Notes: a model not told the origin generated them from the letters alone. A stretch of DNA of 61,734 nucleotides, filler included, from 8 parts of 8 records of this genome joined end to end with filler, not necessarily neighbours in it, one strand, 5' to 3'. Counted from the first letter of the whole stretch, positions 45,301-53,142 are shown. Numbers and translations are program-made.

Positions 45301-46500
45301 GGCCGTGAAGGGGGCGAGGTAGTGATTACCCTGTCCGATGACGGCAAGGGTATCGATACCGATGCGGTGCGCCAAAAAGCCATCGAGCGAGGCCTGATCG
45401 CCGCCGATGCGCAGCTCTCCGAGCAGGAAATTCAGCAGTTCATCTTCCACGCCGGCTTCTCCACGGCCGCCGCCGTCACGCAGATTTCCGGGCGCGGCGT
45501 GGGCATGGACGTGGTCGCCAGTGAAATCAAACAGATGGGCGGCTCGGTCACCATCGACTCCCGTAAAGGGCAGGGCACCCGCTTCATCATCCGCCTACCA
45601 TTCACCCTGGCCATGAACCGCGCCCTGATGGTGAAAGCGGCGGAAGACTCCTACGCGATTCCGTTGAACCAGATCGAAGGGATCGTGCGGATCAGCCCGT
45701 TCGAACTGCAGCACTATTTCGAAGAAGAGAATCCCGTCTACACCTACGTGGGCCAGGATTACGAACTGCAGTACCTGGGCCACTTTGTCCACGGCAACCG
45801 GGTCCCGCACCTGGAGAACCAGACCACCCCCATGCCGGTACTGCTGATTCGCAGCACCGAACACACCGTCGCCATCGTAGTGGACGACCTGGTCGGTTCC
45901 CGGGAAGTGGTAGTGAAAGCGGTTGGCCCGCAGCTGGCCACCGTGGCTGGCATCAGCGGCGCCACCATCCTCGGGGATGGCTCCGTGGTGATCATTCTGG
46001 ATATCCATTCCCTGATCCGTGCCGCTCACGTGCAGACCACCGCCCTGGCAGCCGGCGAGACCGTACCGACACTGCCCCAGGAGCCGGAAGAAGAGCTCCA
46101 GCCGCAGCGTGACACGCCGCTGGTCATGGTCACCGATGACTCGGTTACCGTGCGCAAGGTCACCACCCGCCTGCTGGAGCGTAATGGCTACGAAGTGGTC
46201 ACCGCCAAAGACGGCATCGACGCCATCGCCAAGCTGGAAGATATCCGCCCGGATGTGATGCTGCTGGATATCGAAATGCCCCGCATGGACGGTTTTGAAG
46301 TGGCCACCCACGTGCGCCACGACAGCCGCCTGCAGGATGTGCCAATTATCATGATCACCTCCCGAACCGGTGAAAAACATCGCGAGCGGGCCTTCGATAT
46401 TGGCGTGAACTGTTATATGGGCAAACCGTTCCAGGAGAACGAACTGCTGTCCACCATTCGCGAACTGCTGGGCGAACTGCAGGAAACGGATAACGGATGA
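39373..46500 (+). CDS. chpA: Pil-Chp hybrid histidine kinase/response regulator ChpA
   Basis: Five HTLKG Hpt domains plus degenerate ones, LEHMLRNAVDHGIE HATPase, GRGVGMDVV, CheW domain, C-terminal receiver (DDS, LLDIEMPRMDG, GKPF). AGGAG RBS before ATG 39373. Confidence 0.95.
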   Translation: MSDRHDYLALDWVRGEIQETLNQAQQALESFVDNPDDATRMRFCQTHLHQVYGTLQMVEFYGAALLAEEMEKLAQALLDGNVGNVTDSQETLMRAILQLPPYLDRVASNRRDLPVVLLPLLNDLRAARGESLLSETSLFKPDLSEATGQGQIPDDLLNDPRFILLAKKIRQMFQIALLGVLRNDNMDENLGYMAKVFTKLEQVTGDAPRAPLWSISNALVEGLSEDAIILGTSVKLMLGHVDRNLRELAVEGAASLNRPAPTELIKNLLYYVAKADVDSPRIRDVKARFRLDEALPSDDLVNEERQRMTGPDAQAMNSVVQALSEELTTVKDALESFVHSGDTDTNKLQPLTLTLKQVADTVAVLGLGQPRALVEEQLHAMEDIVAGKVPAERENLMDIAGALLYVEATLAGISGDRRSTGYAGHGDDMPSHVGQAMDAVLRECRAGLEEAKDGIVEFIASQWNPDPLQVVPERLNAVRGGLDVIQLSKPALILRQCVQFIEEKLLDADQPKPDWRSMDTLADAITSVEYYLERLSDDPTTTDDILQLARASVDALGYPLEEEQDFDDNDIDVERIELEQTGLDADAHVSQEHDVDAWSGFSANGQLDDETGTTAQDQDPTLELQPLESDDEGPDFDSSDDDELLDPTLEITAPAEPETHAPQASDADTHNDDDDDLIDDEIIEIFQEEVGEVLDALDEYFPRWAANTSDEESLVEFRRAFHTLKGSGRMVGASTVGELGWSVENMLNRVIDRTIVPTAVLIALVQEVRNRVPALVDAFTLRQPDPFDVQPLADAADTLAAGGQIDQVPVIVAADSATDTIDDTATGTTADVSPDALEADVHSEPDSTLELTELPSAENADATSTDHTLSAEDLAAFDAASEDSLTPWDTDDSSDDIHVLPVDNDLTEIDESLTLDLPEQEPDYDTQAPAHSSAAAAESLSDIPDMSEEGPDTVLLEIFSSEARRNLALIAQWLAGNDTDLSEHPVDDSVHRALHTLKGSARMAEIEAVAEVAEPAEKLARDLISSNRRANQQQVDLLAQSHDLILSSLDQLDPTPPAHLPGADALIQSLNQQRDQLQGSDSPGPDPHILSVFLSEGMDLIVDAEQLLSQWAQHPEHTDELVRLRDELELLSNSATTAGLNEIHDLAAALAGCYSAVEGDRLAYSERLFALAGEGQDALMNMMDCLAAGQTVRPELGLVDALRELAEGGGPDGGPDGGLPVDGHNDDSSDTLQNNTPPVSEISAEFPDNSRYEAHLDPELVELFLEEAEEILESASHILDQWEAGDSSNVSSLQRDLHTLKGGARMAGVAPVGDLAHELENLYEGYNAGQLESDAALFQLLHQCHDSLAVMIENLQANTAPADAPALVAAIQAFIRSEAPAPATPASLNDNSTQPLKSVEDSESSDSSATDATAPVAVEDAPAPADAPPQPERDPELVEIFLEEAEEILESAGNSLELWISQQDNLLELQSLQRDLHTLKGGARMAEVPELGDLGHELETLYEGLAQSQLAIEPSLFDLLHRCHDQLAEMVEALKADRPLPSGEVLITAIHGYAADPTGFTLPAIAASPVSQPASPPPATAASEAPTPANTAADDTWQSDSDPEILDIFLEESEELSDIIDACLTSWKDHPESTDFIDDLKRALHTLKGGARLAGLKQLGDISHDFETYLLDLESRRQTPAQSDFQPMLDWHDQINRGMESVAAAAQTNAPVAETPDAAAPANTLPAATDKQPAPQQPQKDDRRQRQNQAQPQEMVRVGADVLEALVNLAGETSINRGRVEQGITEFAFNVEEMGNTVQRLYEQLRRLDSETEAQIMSNYQKGVDLGEYDEDFDPLEMDQYSELHQITKQLSESASDLLDLKNTLLDRNKDTETLLLQQARINTELQEKLMRTRMVPFSRLVPRLRRIVRQISGEVDKRVDFDVLNPEGELDRSLMERVVAPLEHMLRNAVDHGIETSEGRQSAGKDSTGRINLELGREGGEVVITLSDDGKGIDTDAVRQKAIERGLIAADAQLSEQEIQQFIFHAGFSTAAAVTQISGRGVGMDVVASEIKQMGGSVTIDSRKGQGTRFIIRLPFTLAMNRALMVKAAEDSYAIPLNQIEGIVRISPFELQHYFEEENPVYTYVGQDYELQYLGHFVHGNRVPHLENQTTPMPVLLIRSTEHTVAIVVDDLVGSREVVVKAVGPQLATVAGISGATILGDGSVVIILDIHSLIRAAHVQTTALAAGETVPTLPQEPEEELQPQRDTPLVMVTDDSVTVRKVTTRLLERNGYEVVTAKDGIDAIAKLEDIRPDVMLLDIEMPRMDGFEVATHVRHDSRLQDVPIIMITSRTGEKHRERAFDIGVNCYMGKPFQENELLSTIRELLGELQETDNG
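43141..43950 (+). repeat. Duplicated Hpt-coding segments inside chpA
   Basis: DPELVELFLEEAEEILESA...LQRDLHTLKGGARMA starting at 43141 and DPELVEIFLEEAEEILESA...LQRDLHTLKGGARMA starting at 43672. Confidence 0.8.
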
Positions 46501-47537
46501 CCGCGCCCGGCCGCGTCGGGGTCATCGCCGACAGCACATTGCAGGGCCACTTGCTCGCCAGTGCGGTGAAGGGCCAGGGCTATCAGGTACTGGTCAGCAC
46601 CGAACCGGAAGCCCTGGAAGACCGCTGGCTGGCCGCAGACGCGCTGGACCTGTGGGTGGTGGATCTGTCCAGCGAAGATCGCTGGCAGCACTTCCTCGAC
46701 GACCTGCTGGAGCGCGCCGAGGTACCGATTCTGTTTTGTGACGGCCAGGCCCCGGCACGCACCGATATCCGCTACCCCAAATGGGAGCGGCGCCTGGTCA
46801 CCAAGCTGGTGAGTTTTATCGGCAAGCCAGCGGCGGAAGAGCGGCTGGACGTGATCCCCGCGCCACCGCCCCGGATCCGCATTCCCCAGCCACGGGAATT
46901 CCAGGCCATCCGCCCCGGCGATCGCCCCCGCCAGGTATGGGTACTGGGCGCCAGCCTGGGTGGGCCGGCAGCGGTAAAACTGTTTCTCGACTGCCTGCCC
47001 GCCAATTTGCCCGTGGCGTTTGTGCTGGCCCAGCACATTGACGGCAGTTTTCTGGATACCCTGTGCGGGGTGTTGGGCCGGGATAACCCTATCCAGTGCA
47101 AAATCGGCGTGGACGGCGAAGCCCTGCGCCACGGCGAACTCGCCATTGTGCCGGTGGAGTATGCCGTGCGTTTCCGCCATGACGGCCGTATCCAGTCCAC
47201 CGGCGACACCTGGGAAGGCCCCTATGCGCCCTCCATCGACCAGGTTATCCAGCATGTGGGGGACGGCTTTGGCAGCGCCTGCGGCGCCATTCTGTTCTCC
47301 GGCATGGGCAATGACGGCGCCATCGCCGCGCCACGACTGGCGGCCACCGGTTGCCCGGTGTGGGCGCAAAGCGCAGACACCTGTGCGGTCAGCAGCCAGC
47401 CGGATTCCGTCCGTGAAACCGGCTGTGTCAGTTTTAGCGGCTCCCCCGAACAGCTTGCGCTGCAACTGGTGGAGCGGGTAAGAAGGGAATTAAACACGCG
47501 ACATGCAACAAGCGGAACGCAACACGGCGAAGGATAA
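46497..47537 (+). CDS. chpB: CheB-type methylesterase ChpB
   Basis: GASLGGP, AQHI, PSID, SGMGNDG (S-H-D triad). Degenerate receiver-like N-terminus; ATGA overlap with chpA. Confidence 0.9.
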   Translation: MTAPGRVGVIADSTLQGHLLASAVKGQGYQVLVSTEPEALEDRWLAADALDLWVVDLSSEDRWQHFLDDLLERAEVPILFCDGQAPARTDIRYPKWERRLVTKLVSFIGKPAAEERLDVIPAPPPRIRIPQPREFQAIRPGDRPRQVWVLGASLGGPAAVKLFLDCLPANLPVAFVLAQHIDGSFLDTLCGVLGRDNPIQCKIGVDGEALRHGELAIVPVEYAVRFRHDGRIQSTGDTWEGPYAPSIDQVIQHVGDGFGSACGAILFSGMGNDGAIAAPRLAATGCPVWAQSADTCAVSSQPDSVRETGCVSFSGSPEQLALQLVERVRRELNTRHATSGTQHGEG

Positions 47538-47569
47538 GCCTGTTGAGTGAAACCTGCTGCGTGCTGTCT
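47496..47569. repeat. Inverted arrays of degenerate heptamer ACGCRRC (element B), straddling the chpB stop
   Basis: Left arm ACGCGAC ATGCAAC AAGCGGA ACGCAAC (47496-47523). Right arm GTTGAGT GAAACCT GCTGCGT GCTGTCT (47542-47569). Confidence 0.65.
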
Positions 47570-47585
47570 ATTTGAGAGGTCAACC

Positions 47586-48041
47586 ATGAGCAGCTTACCA
47601 TCCGATATTTCCAGCCTGTTGATCCCCATGCAGGGGCGCCCTTGGCTGGTGCCCAATATTGTGGTGGCCGAGGTGATCCCGTTGCGTCAGCCGGATCGCC
47701 CGGGCCATGGCCCGGAGTGGCTGCTGGGCTGGCTGAGCTGGCGTGACCAGCAGATCCCACTGCTGTCATTCGAAAAACTCAACGAATCCGGCCAGGTCAC
47801 CATCGGCCAGGATGCCCGGATTGCCGTGCTCAACACGGTAGCCAGCAAGGCGCCTTTTTATGCAGTGATCGTGCAGGGGATTCCTCGCCTGATGAAAGTG
47901 GCCAAGGACGACCCGGTGGAAGAGCCGGTAGACACCGGCCCGGCGGAGGCCATGTATATTCAGGTGGGTGGCGACCTGGCGGTAATCCCGGATCTGGATG
48001 CCATTGAAGGTGCTGTGGCGGGGCTACAGCAACCGGCATGA
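47586..48041 (+). CDS. chpC: CheW-like adaptor ChpC
   Basis: LLIPMQGRPWLVPNIVVAEVI, WLLGWLSWRDQQIPLLSFE, QGIPRL, IPDLDAIE. GAGG RBS before ATG 47586. Confidence 0.88.
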   Translation: MSSLPSDISSLLIPMQGRPWLVPNIVVAEVIPLRQPDRPGHGPEWLLGWLSWRDQQIPLLSFEKLNESGQVTIGQDARIAVLNTVASKAPFYAVIVQGIPRLMKVAKDDPVEEPVDTGPAEAMYIQVGGDLAVIPDLDAIEGAVAGLQQPA

Positions 48042-49045
48042 TCGACCGTGAGCGACTGGCGGCGCTGGCCGCCGAAGAACCCGCCAGCCAGCGCCGCGGG
48101 CAGGTTTTTCGCAACCGGTTTGCCACCCCACACCACGGGCTCGGCGCCTTCCTGCGCTGGCAATGGGAATCACGCGGGCGCTTCCCCGACCACCAGTCCT
48201 TTCCGTTACACACCCCGGATCCGGAGCAACTGCGCCACCCCGGCAACCGCCCGCAAATCACCTGGATCGGCCACGCCACCTATCTGTTCCAGCACCGGGG
48301 CTGGAACCTGCTCACCGATCCGGTGTTTTCCGATCGTTGCTCCCCGTTCACCTTCGCCGGCCCGAAACGGGCGGTGCCGCCAGCACTCACCATCGAGCAA
48401 CTGCCCGACATCAATGCGGTGCTGATATCCCATAACCACTACGACCACCTGGACAAGGCCTCGGTAAAGCAATTACAGGCCCGCTTCGGGCGCGACATTC
48501 TCTGGTTCGTTCCCCGGGGTATTGCCGCCTGGCTGCGCAAGTTGGGGGTAGAACGGATCATCGAGCTGGGCTGGTGGCAGAGCGACTACCATGGCCAGGT
48601 GGAGGCTTTCTGCCTGCCCGCCCAGCATTTCAGCGGACGGGGTCCTAACGATCACAACCAGACCCTGTGGTGCAGCTGGCGCCTTAATTTCCCGGATTTC
48701 AGCCTCTATTTTGCCGGCGATACCGGGTATGCACCGCTGTTTAACGAAATTGGACAAGTATTCGGACCGGTAGATCTGGCATTATTGCCCATTGGGGCCT
48801 ACGAGCCGCGCTGGTTCATGTCACCGGTGCACATCAACCCGGCAGAAGCGGTTAAAATCCACCAGGATATTCAGGCGCGCCAGTCCCTGGCCATGCACTG
48901 GGGCACTTTCGTGCTCACAGACGAACCCATGGATGCGCCGCCCAAGGCGCTGGCCCAGGCCCTGACAGAACAACACATTGAACACGCACATTTTCGGGTT
49001 CCGCAGCATGGCGAAACCCTGACCATTGAACTGACACATGAATAA
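48038..49045 (+). CDS. Metallo-beta-lactamase-fold hydrolase (NAPE-PLD/RomA-like)
   Basis: TWIGHAT, LTDPVFS, SHNHYDHLD, PAQHFSGR, FAGDTGY, PIGAYEPRWFM, MHWGTF. Confidence 0.88.
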   Translation: MIDRERLAALAAEEPASQRRGQVFRNRFATPHHGLGAFLRWQWESRGRFPDHQSFPLHTPDPEQLRHPGNRPQITWIGHATYLFQHRGWNLLTDPVFSDRCSPFTFAGPKRAVPPALTIEQLPDINAVLISHNHYDHLDKASVKQLQARFGRDILWFVPRGIAAWLRKLGVERIIELGWWQSDYHGQVEAFCLPAQHFSGRGPNDHNQTLWCSWRLNFPDFSLYFAGDTGYAPLFNEIGQVFGPVDLALLPIGAYEPRWFMSPVHINPAEAVKIHQDIQARQSLAMHWGTFVLTDEPMDAPPKALAQALTEQHIEHAHFRVPQHGETLTIELTHE

Positions 49046-50030
49046 ACAATACCCCGGCCGCCGTCTGTGGATGGTGGTTCGCCTGCTTGCCTGGCTTCCC
49101 TTGCCGCTGGTCACCGGGTTCGGTGCCGCCGTTGCTACCCTCGTGACCCTGGTGCCACTGCGCTACGCCAGCGCCTACCGGGTGGTGCTGATCAACCTGC
49201 TGGCCACGCACCCGCAGATGTCCTATGCACAAGCCAAAAAAATCGGCCGCCAGAGCCTGCGCGAGCTGGGCCGCACGCTCACCGAATTCAGCCACGTCTG
49301 GCACCGGCCCGTGGAGGAAACCCTGTCACGGGTGACCCATATCCATGGCGAACAGGCCTTTCTCGATGCCTGCGCCAGCGAACGGCCAGTATTGATGCTG
49401 TCACTGCACCAGGGCAGCTGGGAAATCAGCAACCTGTATGTGGGCGACAAGGGTAGCCGGGACAAAACCCTGATCATGTACCAGCCCCACCCGGCCACGC
49501 TGATGGATGCCATGGTCAAGGCGGCCCGCGAACGCACCGGCTCCGTGCTTATCCCGACCAACAGCCAGGGCGTCAAGCAGGCACTGGCGGCCATGAAAGC
49601 CGGCGGCACCCTGGGCATTCTTTCCGACCATAATCCGGGCAACCGCAGTAACCCCTCTGTGCCGTTCTTTGGCTATGACGTACCCACCCCGGCGCTGATC
49701 GACAAACTGGTCCAGCGTTACCGCCCCCATGTGTTTATCGTCTCCTGCATTCGCGGCGAAGGCGGCGTCAAAGATATCCACCTGCACTTCGAAGAGGCCC
49801 CGGCCATCGAGCAGGCCAACAACACCACCGATATTCTTACCGCCATGAACAGCGGCCTGCAGCGCTGTATCGACCGTAACCTGAGCCAGTACCAGTGGAC
49901 CTACAAACGTTTCAAATGGAGCCCCCGCGGCCGCCGTAACTGGTACCGGCAATCCAGCCGCCTGCTGAGTGAGATTCGCAAGGGCACAGATCGCAAGGCG
50001 CTGGGCCTGCATCCCGACGCAAAGCAGTGA
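49038..50030 (+). CDS. LpxL/HtrB-family lipid acyltransferase
   Basis: N-terminal anchor, HQGSWE catalytic motif, ILSDH, VPFFG, QYQWTYKRFK. Confidence 0.85.
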   Translation: MNKQYPGRRLWMVVRLLAWLPLPLVTGFGAAVATLVTLVPLRYASAYRVVLINLLATHPQMSYAQAKKIGRQSLRELGRTLTEFSHVWHRPVEETLSRVTHIHGEQAFLDACASERPVLMLSLHQGSWEISNLYVGDKGSRDKTLIMYQPHPATLMDAMVKAARERTGSVLIPTNSQGVKQALAAMKAGGTLGILSDHNPGNRSNPSVPFFGYDVPTPALIDKLVQRYRPHVFIVSCIRGEGGVKDIHLHFEEAPAIEQANNTTDILTAMNSGLQRCIDRNLSQYQWTYKRFKWSPRGRRNWYRQSSRLLSEIRKGTDRKALGLHPDAKQ

Positions 50031-50209
50031 ACCCGCTGCCGGCCAGCGCTCGGGTCGTGTAGAATAACGCCATTGTTTCATGCGTTTACGCAACGCACTC
50101 ATTCACCTGTGACCCAAGGTCCTGGCCGCAGTTACCGGGTTTTCCGTTCTGGTCTCCTTGTTCGCCGCAGCACTGCCTGCGCCCCGGTCGCGTCTCACAG
50201 GAGACCGCA

Positions 50210-51730
50210 ATGTCTTTCTTGTCTCGTACCTTTCAGGCCGTGGATGTGCCAGTCTTTATTCTCAGTGGCGGCCTGATCCTGCTGTTTGTGGGCCTGTCCC
50301 TCTGGGATCTTGAGCAAACCGCCGCCTGGGTACAAACCAGCTTTGCCTGGTCCACCAAGTTGTTTGGCGCCTATTGGCAGCTGCTGATGCTGGCCACCTT
50401 TTTCGTCTCCCTGTATCTGGCCATCAGCCGCACCGGCAACGTTCGCCTGGGGGGGATGGATAAACCGGAGCTGTCCACCTTCAAGTGGGTGTCGATCATC
50501 ATGTGTACCCTGCTCGCCGGCGGTGGCGTGTTCTGGGCGGCAGCGGAACCCATTGCCCATTTCATCTCGGCACCGCCGTTGTTTGGGGAAGGCAGCACGC
50601 CCATGGAGCAGGGCACCAATGCTCTGGCGCAGAGCTTCATGCACTGGGGCTTTCTGGCCTGGGCCATTCTCGGTTGCCTGACCAGCGTCACCCTGATGGT
50701 GTTGCACTACGAAAAAGGCTTGCCGTTGAAACCCCGGACACTGCTGTATCCGGTATTCGGTAACCGCATCATCCACGGCCCCGGCGGGGCAATCGTCGAT
50801 GCCTGCTGTGTGCTGGCGGTGGTCGCCGGCACGGTTGGTCCCATCGGCTTTCTTGGCCTGCAAGTCAGCTTCGGTCTGAATGATTTATTTGGTATCGCCG
50901 ATAACTTCAGCACTCAACTCGCCGTTATCCTCGGCCTGGTTTTGATCTACACCATCAGCGCCATTACCGGCGTAAACCGGGGCATCCAGATCCTCAGCCG
51001 CTTTAATGTGATCCTCGCCATCGTGCTAATGGTCTTTATCCTGATCGCCGGCCCGACCGCATTCATTATCGACGGTTTTGTGCAGGGCCTTGGCACTTAC
51101 CTGGGCGAGTTTTTCCCTATGGCTACCTTCCGCGGTGACCCTGGCTGGCTGGACTGGTGGACCGTGTTCTTCTGGGGCTGGTTTATCGGCTATGGCCCCT
51201 TAATGGCACTGTTTGTGGCACGCATTTCCCGCGGCCGCACCCTACGACAGCTGGTCGGCGTGGTGGCGCTGGTGGCCCCTCTCGTCACCTGCTTCTGGTT
51301 CACTATTGTCGGCGGCACCGGCATCTCCCTGGAAATTGCCCAGCCAGGCATTATTTCCAAACCGTTCGAAGGCTTTAATCTGCCCGCCGCCTTGCTGGCC
51401 ACCACCCAGGCCCTGCCCTGGGGCACCTTGCTGTCCGGCCTGTTTCTGGTACTGACCACCATCTTCGTGGCCACCACCGGCGACTCCATGACCTATAGCG
51501 TATCCGTGGTGATGACCGGCACAGAAGAGCCGCCCTCGGCCATACGGGTATTCTGGGGCATCATGATGGGCGCCAGCGCCGCCATTCTGATCAGCATCGG
51601 TGATGGCGGCATTGACGCCTTGCAGAAATTCATTGTGGTCACTGCGGTACCGGTCTCACTGGTTCTGCTGCCCAGCCTGTGGACTGGCCCCGCACTGGCC
51701 GGCGAACTGTTGCGCAAGCAACAAGCCTAA
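50210..51730 (+). CDS. BCCT family (betaine/carnitine/choline) transporter
   Basis: RLGGMDKPE, AEPIAHF, FMHWGFLAWA, GVNRGIQILS, WTVFFWGW, FVARISRGRTLRQ. Confidence 0.92.
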   Translation: MSFLSRTFQAVDVPVFILSGGLILLFVGLSLWDLEQTAAWVQTSFAWSTKLFGAYWQLLMLATFFVSLYLAISRTGNVRLGGMDKPELSTFKWVSIIMCTLLAGGGVFWAAAEPIAHFISAPPLFGEGSTPMEQGTNALAQSFMHWGFLAWAILGCLTSVTLMVLHYEKGLPLKPRTLLYPVFGNRIIHGPGGAIVDACCVLAVVAGTVGPIGFLGLQVSFGLNDLFGIADNFSTQLAVILGLVLIYTISAITGVNRGIQILSRFNVILAIVLMVFILIAGPTAFIIDGFVQGLGTYLGEFFPMATFRGDPGWLDWWTVFFWGWFIGYGPLMALFVARISRGRTLRQLVGVVALVAPLVTCFWFTIVGGTGISLEIAQPGIISKPFEGFNLPAALLATTQALPWGTLLSGLFLVLTTIFVATTGDSMTYSVSVVMTGTEEPPSAIRVFWGIMMGASAAILISIGDGGIDALQKFIVVTAVPVSLVLLPSLWTGPALAGELLRKQQA

Positions 51731-51817
51731 TTGCCTGCAGCCCAGGGCGGCGGCACAATGCTGCCACCCCGGGCTCGCATCCGGCTCCCCCTATTTTCAG
51801 CCCCTGGAGTGGCTCGC

Positions 51818-52306
51818 ATGACTATCGAAAACGGCAAGGTGGTCACCTTGCAATACAGCCTGTTCAACGCCGATGACGGCAGTGAAATTGAAAGCTCCCG
51901 GGAAACCGGCGAGCCCATGGCCTACCTGCACGGCTACAACAACATCATCAAGGGCCTGGAAGTGGCGCTCGAAGGCAAGAACACCGGCGATGAAGTGGAT
52001 GTCACCATCAGCCCGGAAGACGCCTACGGTGAATACAACAACGAGCTGTTCCAGCGTATTTCACGCAAATACCTGAAGCACGCAGGCAAACTGGAACCGG
52101 GCAAAGTGGTTACCGTTTCCACCGATGAAGGCCCGCGCATGCTCACCGTGTTGAAAGTGGGCCTGAAAACCGTGGACGTGGACGCCAACCATCCACTGGC
52201 CGGCAAGTCCCTGCGCTTCGTGGTGGAAATTACCGATATCCGTGATGCCACCGACGACGAGAAAGCCCACAAGCACGCCCATGGCGTCGGCGGGCATCAG
52301 CACTAA
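51818..52306 (+). CDS. slyD: FKBP-type peptidyl-prolyl isomerase SlyD
   Basis: YLHGYNNIIKGLE, PEDAYG, DANHPLAGKSL, His-rich tail. GGAG RBS before ATG 51818. Confidence 0.93.
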   Translation: MTIENGKVVTLQYSLFNADDGSEIESSRETGEPMAYLHGYNNIIKGLEVALEGKNTGDEVDVTISPEDAYGEYNNELFQRISRKYLKHAGKLEPGKVVTVSTDEGPRMLTVLKVGLKTVDVDANHPLAGKSLRFVVEITDIRDATDDEKAHKHAHGVGGHQH

Positions 52307-52308
52307 CC

Positions 52309-52512
52309 AGTTGAAAGGTGAAAGTTTAAAGTTGAAAAGCGCGGGTAGGTTCTGGGGACACCCGGCAGACATCTGCGCCGCGCCGCAAAGTAGAACGAGG
52401 CCCAAGACAGGAGATGTTGAATAGCGCACGGTGTTGAGCCGCGGCGACAACTTTCAATGGTTGCTGAATGGCCCTCTCGCGCTTTGTAACTTTCAACTTT
52501 GAACTTTCAACT
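52309..52512. repeat. About 41-bp terminal inverted repeats built from heptamer AGTTGAA (element C, MITE/IVS-like)
   Basis: Left arm AGTTGAA AGGTGAA AGTTTAA AGTTGAA AAGCGCGGGTAGG. Right arm, reverse-complemented: AGTTGAA AGTTCAA AGTTGAA AGTTACA AAGCGCGAGAGGG. Confidence 0.88.
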
Positions 52513-52602
52513 CGTCTCTCTCATTTTCAGCCATTTCCTACCGACTAACCTGTCACCAACGTGCTATCTTTGTGCATCAGAATAATGCACAGGAACACAG
52601 GT

Positions 52603-53076
52603 ATGGATATGCCGGAATACAGTTACTGGATTATCGCCGGGCTCGCTCTGATGATCGCCGAATTTGCCGTCTCTGGCCTGGTGGTGATCTTTTTCGGTAT
52701 CGCCGCACTGCTGGTGGGCAGCCTGAAATTTCTCGGCCTGCTCGACGACACCACCTGGGAACTCACTATTTTCGCGGTTACCAGTGTGTTGCTGCTGGTG
52801 TTTGTTCGCCGGGTTCTCAATGACAAGCTGATGGGGCGCGAGCGGCAACGCCAGGGCGAGGAAGACAGCGCCGGCTTGATCGGCCACCGCGCCACCGTGG
52901 CTGAAGCCTTCGCCAAAGGCACCGGCACCGTCAGCTACCGCGGCGCCCGCTGGCAGGCCCAGTGCAGCCAACCCCTGAATCCAGGAGATATGGTGCGCAT
53001 TACCCAACACGAAGGGCTCTGGCTCACCGTGGAACCCTGGACGCCGTCATCATCGCAAAATGCATCAAACGACTGA
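52603..53076 (+). CDS. NfeD-like (YbbJ-type) partner of the SPFH protein
   Basis: WIIAGLALMIAEF, TM helices, OB-fold LIGHRATV...YRGARWQA. Upstream of the SPFH gene. Confidence 0.88.
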   Translation: MDMPEYSYWIIAGLALMIAEFAVSGLVVIFFGIAALLVGSLKFLGLLDDTTWELTIFAVTSVLLLVFVRRVLNDKLMGRERQRQGEEDSAGLIGHRATVAEAFAKGTGTVSYRGARWQAQCSQPLNPGDMVRITQHEGLWLTVEPWTPSSSQNASND

Positions 53077-53142
53077 ATCATCCGTCGTTCATAAAGCACC
53101 TTCTCGCACATTTTTCTCACGTAACAACAAGGAACTGTATCC

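Noticed and set aside
39913..47465. Long antisense ORFs (288-482 aa) opposite chpA/chpB, and similar ones opposite prfB, pglX, SPFH and serS
   Set aside because: These are shadow frames from high-GC codon bias. They show no recognisable motifs and lie fully over confident genes.
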